DNA from: Bacteroidota bacterium
GTDB taxonomy: Bacteria > Bacteroidota > Bacteroidia > Chitinophagales > Chitinophagaceae
NCBI GenBank assembly: GCA_013289015.1
Contig: JABDAV010000006.1
Span: 653-64,652 of the forward strand
DNA length: 64,000 nt
Direction: 5' to 3'
Each line of letters begins with the position of its first letter. The first letter of the stretch is position 1. A program made the translations under genes and the position numbers. Under the pieces are notes generated by a model. It was not told the origin of the DNA and did no database searches. It saw nothing but the letters and a program-made list of their open reading frames with translations. Of the stretch, positions 61,974-64,000 are shown piece by piece.

Positions 61974-64000
61974 TTAATTCTGTTTAATTAATTTTATTGT
62001 TGCTGTTTCTTTACCGCTTGTAATTTTTACATAATACACACCGGCTGCATATTGCTGCATAGGAATTTGCAGTTGTGTTGAGTTGATATTATTTTGTTTC
62101 CACACAACTCTTCCTGCATTGTCTGCTATAATTATGTCAGCATTTTTTGCATTCGTCAATTGAAGGTTTGCAACATTGGTTACAGGATTGGGAGAAACAG
62201 TTGCTTTAAACGTTACATCCAGGTTTTTGGCCACTGCATTGTTGGAAGCAATTGACTGTGTGCTAACATCACCTTCATACATTTCATTACCATATTGAGT
62301 TGTGTAGCCACTGAAAAATAATTTATTGCCGGCAGCTATAAGATTGTCAAGTGAAGAAAGTCCTTGCAACCCTGCATCAGAAACGGCATTTGTTTTATTA
62401 CCCGGGCCGGTACTTGACCATAAAGCGCCATTTGCAACAAAATACAGTTTATTATTTGCAACGCAGAAATCTGAAAGTTCTGTTCCGCCGCTGCCCGAAG
62501 TAATATCTTTAATTAAAAGAGTTCCTACAGTCGTTCCGTTACTTGCCCAAAGTTCGTTTCCATTAACACCGTCGTTAGCGGAAAAATAAACAGTGCCGTT
62601 TAAATCAGTAAGATTATTTATAAGTCCATAATAATCCGTGTTAATAGTTCTTACAAGTTTGGTTCCTGCAGCAGTTCCATTACTTTTCCATAAAGCATTA
62701 GCGCCATAATTAACTGCGCTTATATACAGCAACCCTTTTGATATGCAGTAAACATTATTATTATGATAATCACTTTGTACATTTACAGGTTGAATTGCAG
62801 CTACTTTTTTAGTGCCGGCAAATGTTCCGTTGGTTGTCCATAAATAAGTAATGTTATCTTCGTCTGTCGCGCCAAAATATAATGTACCGTTGTAGTTGAT
62901 AAGGCTGTATGGATTTGAACCCTGGCTTCCTGAATAAATATCGCTTACTATTTTTGTTCCGTTTACAGTGCCATCGCTTTTATATAGTTCAATACCATAG
63001 TATTGATCTGCAAACGGAAAATAAGCAGTGTTGCCAACCGTTACAATTTCAGTAGAAGGTCCATAATAATAATAAGCGTTTGTTTTAAGTAAAAAGCTTC
63101 CTGCTGATGTGCCATCTGTTCTCCATATTTCACTTTCATAGTAATAAGGATTAGACATCTGGAAGAATACAAGCCCGTTATCAGCCACGGCATAATTGCT
63201 TTGTATCTGGTAACCAGCTACAGGCGCTTCAAATATCTTCACCAACTGTTTATTAGAACTCTTAAACATATAAATAGCAGCAAGATTATTTTCATCGGAA
63301 TCTACAAGAAAATAAACATTGTTTTTTACGGTTTGCATAGCATAAGGGCTGCTGCTTCCGGTTGGCGAAATATTACTTATAATATTGGTTCCGGCAGATG
63401 TGCCATCAGAAAAATAAGGTTCAGTTCCATAAGCTGAAGTATAGGCAGGGAAAACAGCCCCATCAGTTGTACTTGCAATTATGTTGCTTGTGATGATGGA
63501 AGACTGGGTGTTCCCCTGGTTGATATCCTTAGCCATTACGGTACCTGTTGAACTGCCGTCACTCTTCCATAATTCAACACCTGTTGAACCATTATTTGCA
63601 GAAAATAAAATTGTATTGGCACTAATACTTGTACTAAAATAAGGATAAGAACTGCCGGGTCCAGGAAGAATATCAGCTACTAATGCTGTACCTCCTGTTG
63701 TTCCGTTGGATTTCCATAATTCATAACCAGATGTTGATGAATAAGCCTCAAACGATAAACCACCTGAAGCACTATAAAGATTAGCGAAAGTATTACCATT
63801 AACTGAAGCAAAAGTTTTGAGGGCTTTCGTATCGGTGTTAGTTCCTTTGGTAGTCCACAATGTAGCGCTGCCATCTGAATTCACTACTTTAAAAGCGACT
63901 CCACTTTTATAACCTACAATTTCATAAGGCTGAATATTAGCATCAGAGCCTGGAGTAATATTATCTACCAGTTCAACACCGTTACCATCGTCAAAACTGT
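61974..64000 (-). CDS. ELWxxDGT-repeat protein with T9SS CTD (5' partial)
   Basis: Repeated ELWKSDG/ELWASNGT motifs, SPNPV...GVYYVK...KLIKQN; frame stays open to the window edge. Confidence 0.88.
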   Translation of the reverse strand, partial: SFDDGNGVELVDNITPGSDANIQPYEIVGYKSGVAFKVVNSDGSATLWTTKGTNTDTKALKTFASVNGNTFANLYSASGGLSFEAYSSTSGYELWKSNGTTGGTALVADILPGPGSSYPYFSTSISANTILFSANNGSTGVELWKSDGSSTGTVMAKDINQGNTQSSIITSNIIASTTDGAVFPAYTSAYGTEPYFSDGTSAGTNIISNISPTGSSSPYAMQTVKNNVYFLVDSDENNLAAIYMFKSSNKQLVKIFEAPVAGYQIQSNYAVADNGLVFFQMSNPYYYESEIWRTDGTSAGSFLLKTNAYYYYGPSTEIVTVGNTAYFPFADQYYGIELYKSDGTVNGTKIVSDIYSGSQGSNPYSLINYNGTLYFGATDEDNITYLWTTNGTFAGTKKVAAIQPVNVQSDYHNNNVYCISKGLLYISAVNYGANALWKSNGTAAGTKLVRTINTDYYGLINNLTDLNGTVYFSANDGVNGNELWASNGTTVGTLLIKDITSGSGGTELSDFCVANNKLYFVANGALWSSTGPGNKTNAVSDAGLQGLSSLDNLIAAGNKLFFSGYTTQYGNEMYEGDVSTQSIASNNAVAKNLDVTFKATVSPNPVTNVANLQLTNAKNADIIIADNAGRVVWKQNNINSTQLQIPMQQYAAGVYYVKITSGKETATIKLIKQN

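Noticed and set aside
53896-64000. Short antisense and nested ORFs inside sprA, ruvA and other long genes
   Set aside because: Shadow ORFs of well-supported genes; ordinary host backbone

Overview
Bacteroidota (Chitinophagaceae-like) DNA. The right ~15 kb is host backbone: the 5' part of comM, an AraC regulator, two beta-lactamase-like serine hydrolases, sprA, ruvA and a partial ELWxxDGT/T9SS protein. The left 48.6 kb is part of a large integrative element. It appears to have been inserted into comM by a large serine recombinase, and its other end lies outside the window. The element carries three tyrosine recombinases (two paralogues, each preceded by the 3' half of a tRNA-Lys(CTT)), two coupling-protein/HerA-like ATPases and ssb behind a ~205-nt hairpin. 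Its conflict cargo includes a Doc TA pair, Schlafen/AlbA_2, NYN, a DUF262 pair, CBS-HEPN, an Mrr-like nuclease, two RHS toxin loci, a bacteriocin-like precursor and a graspetide cluster. The most unusual signal is four direct ~58-bp repeats sitting at the boundaries of co-oriented cargo modules (14.2, 18.4, 19.5 and 30.4 kb), suggesting a non-integron cassette-accretion system. All family calls come from reading motifs by eye; no database searches were run.
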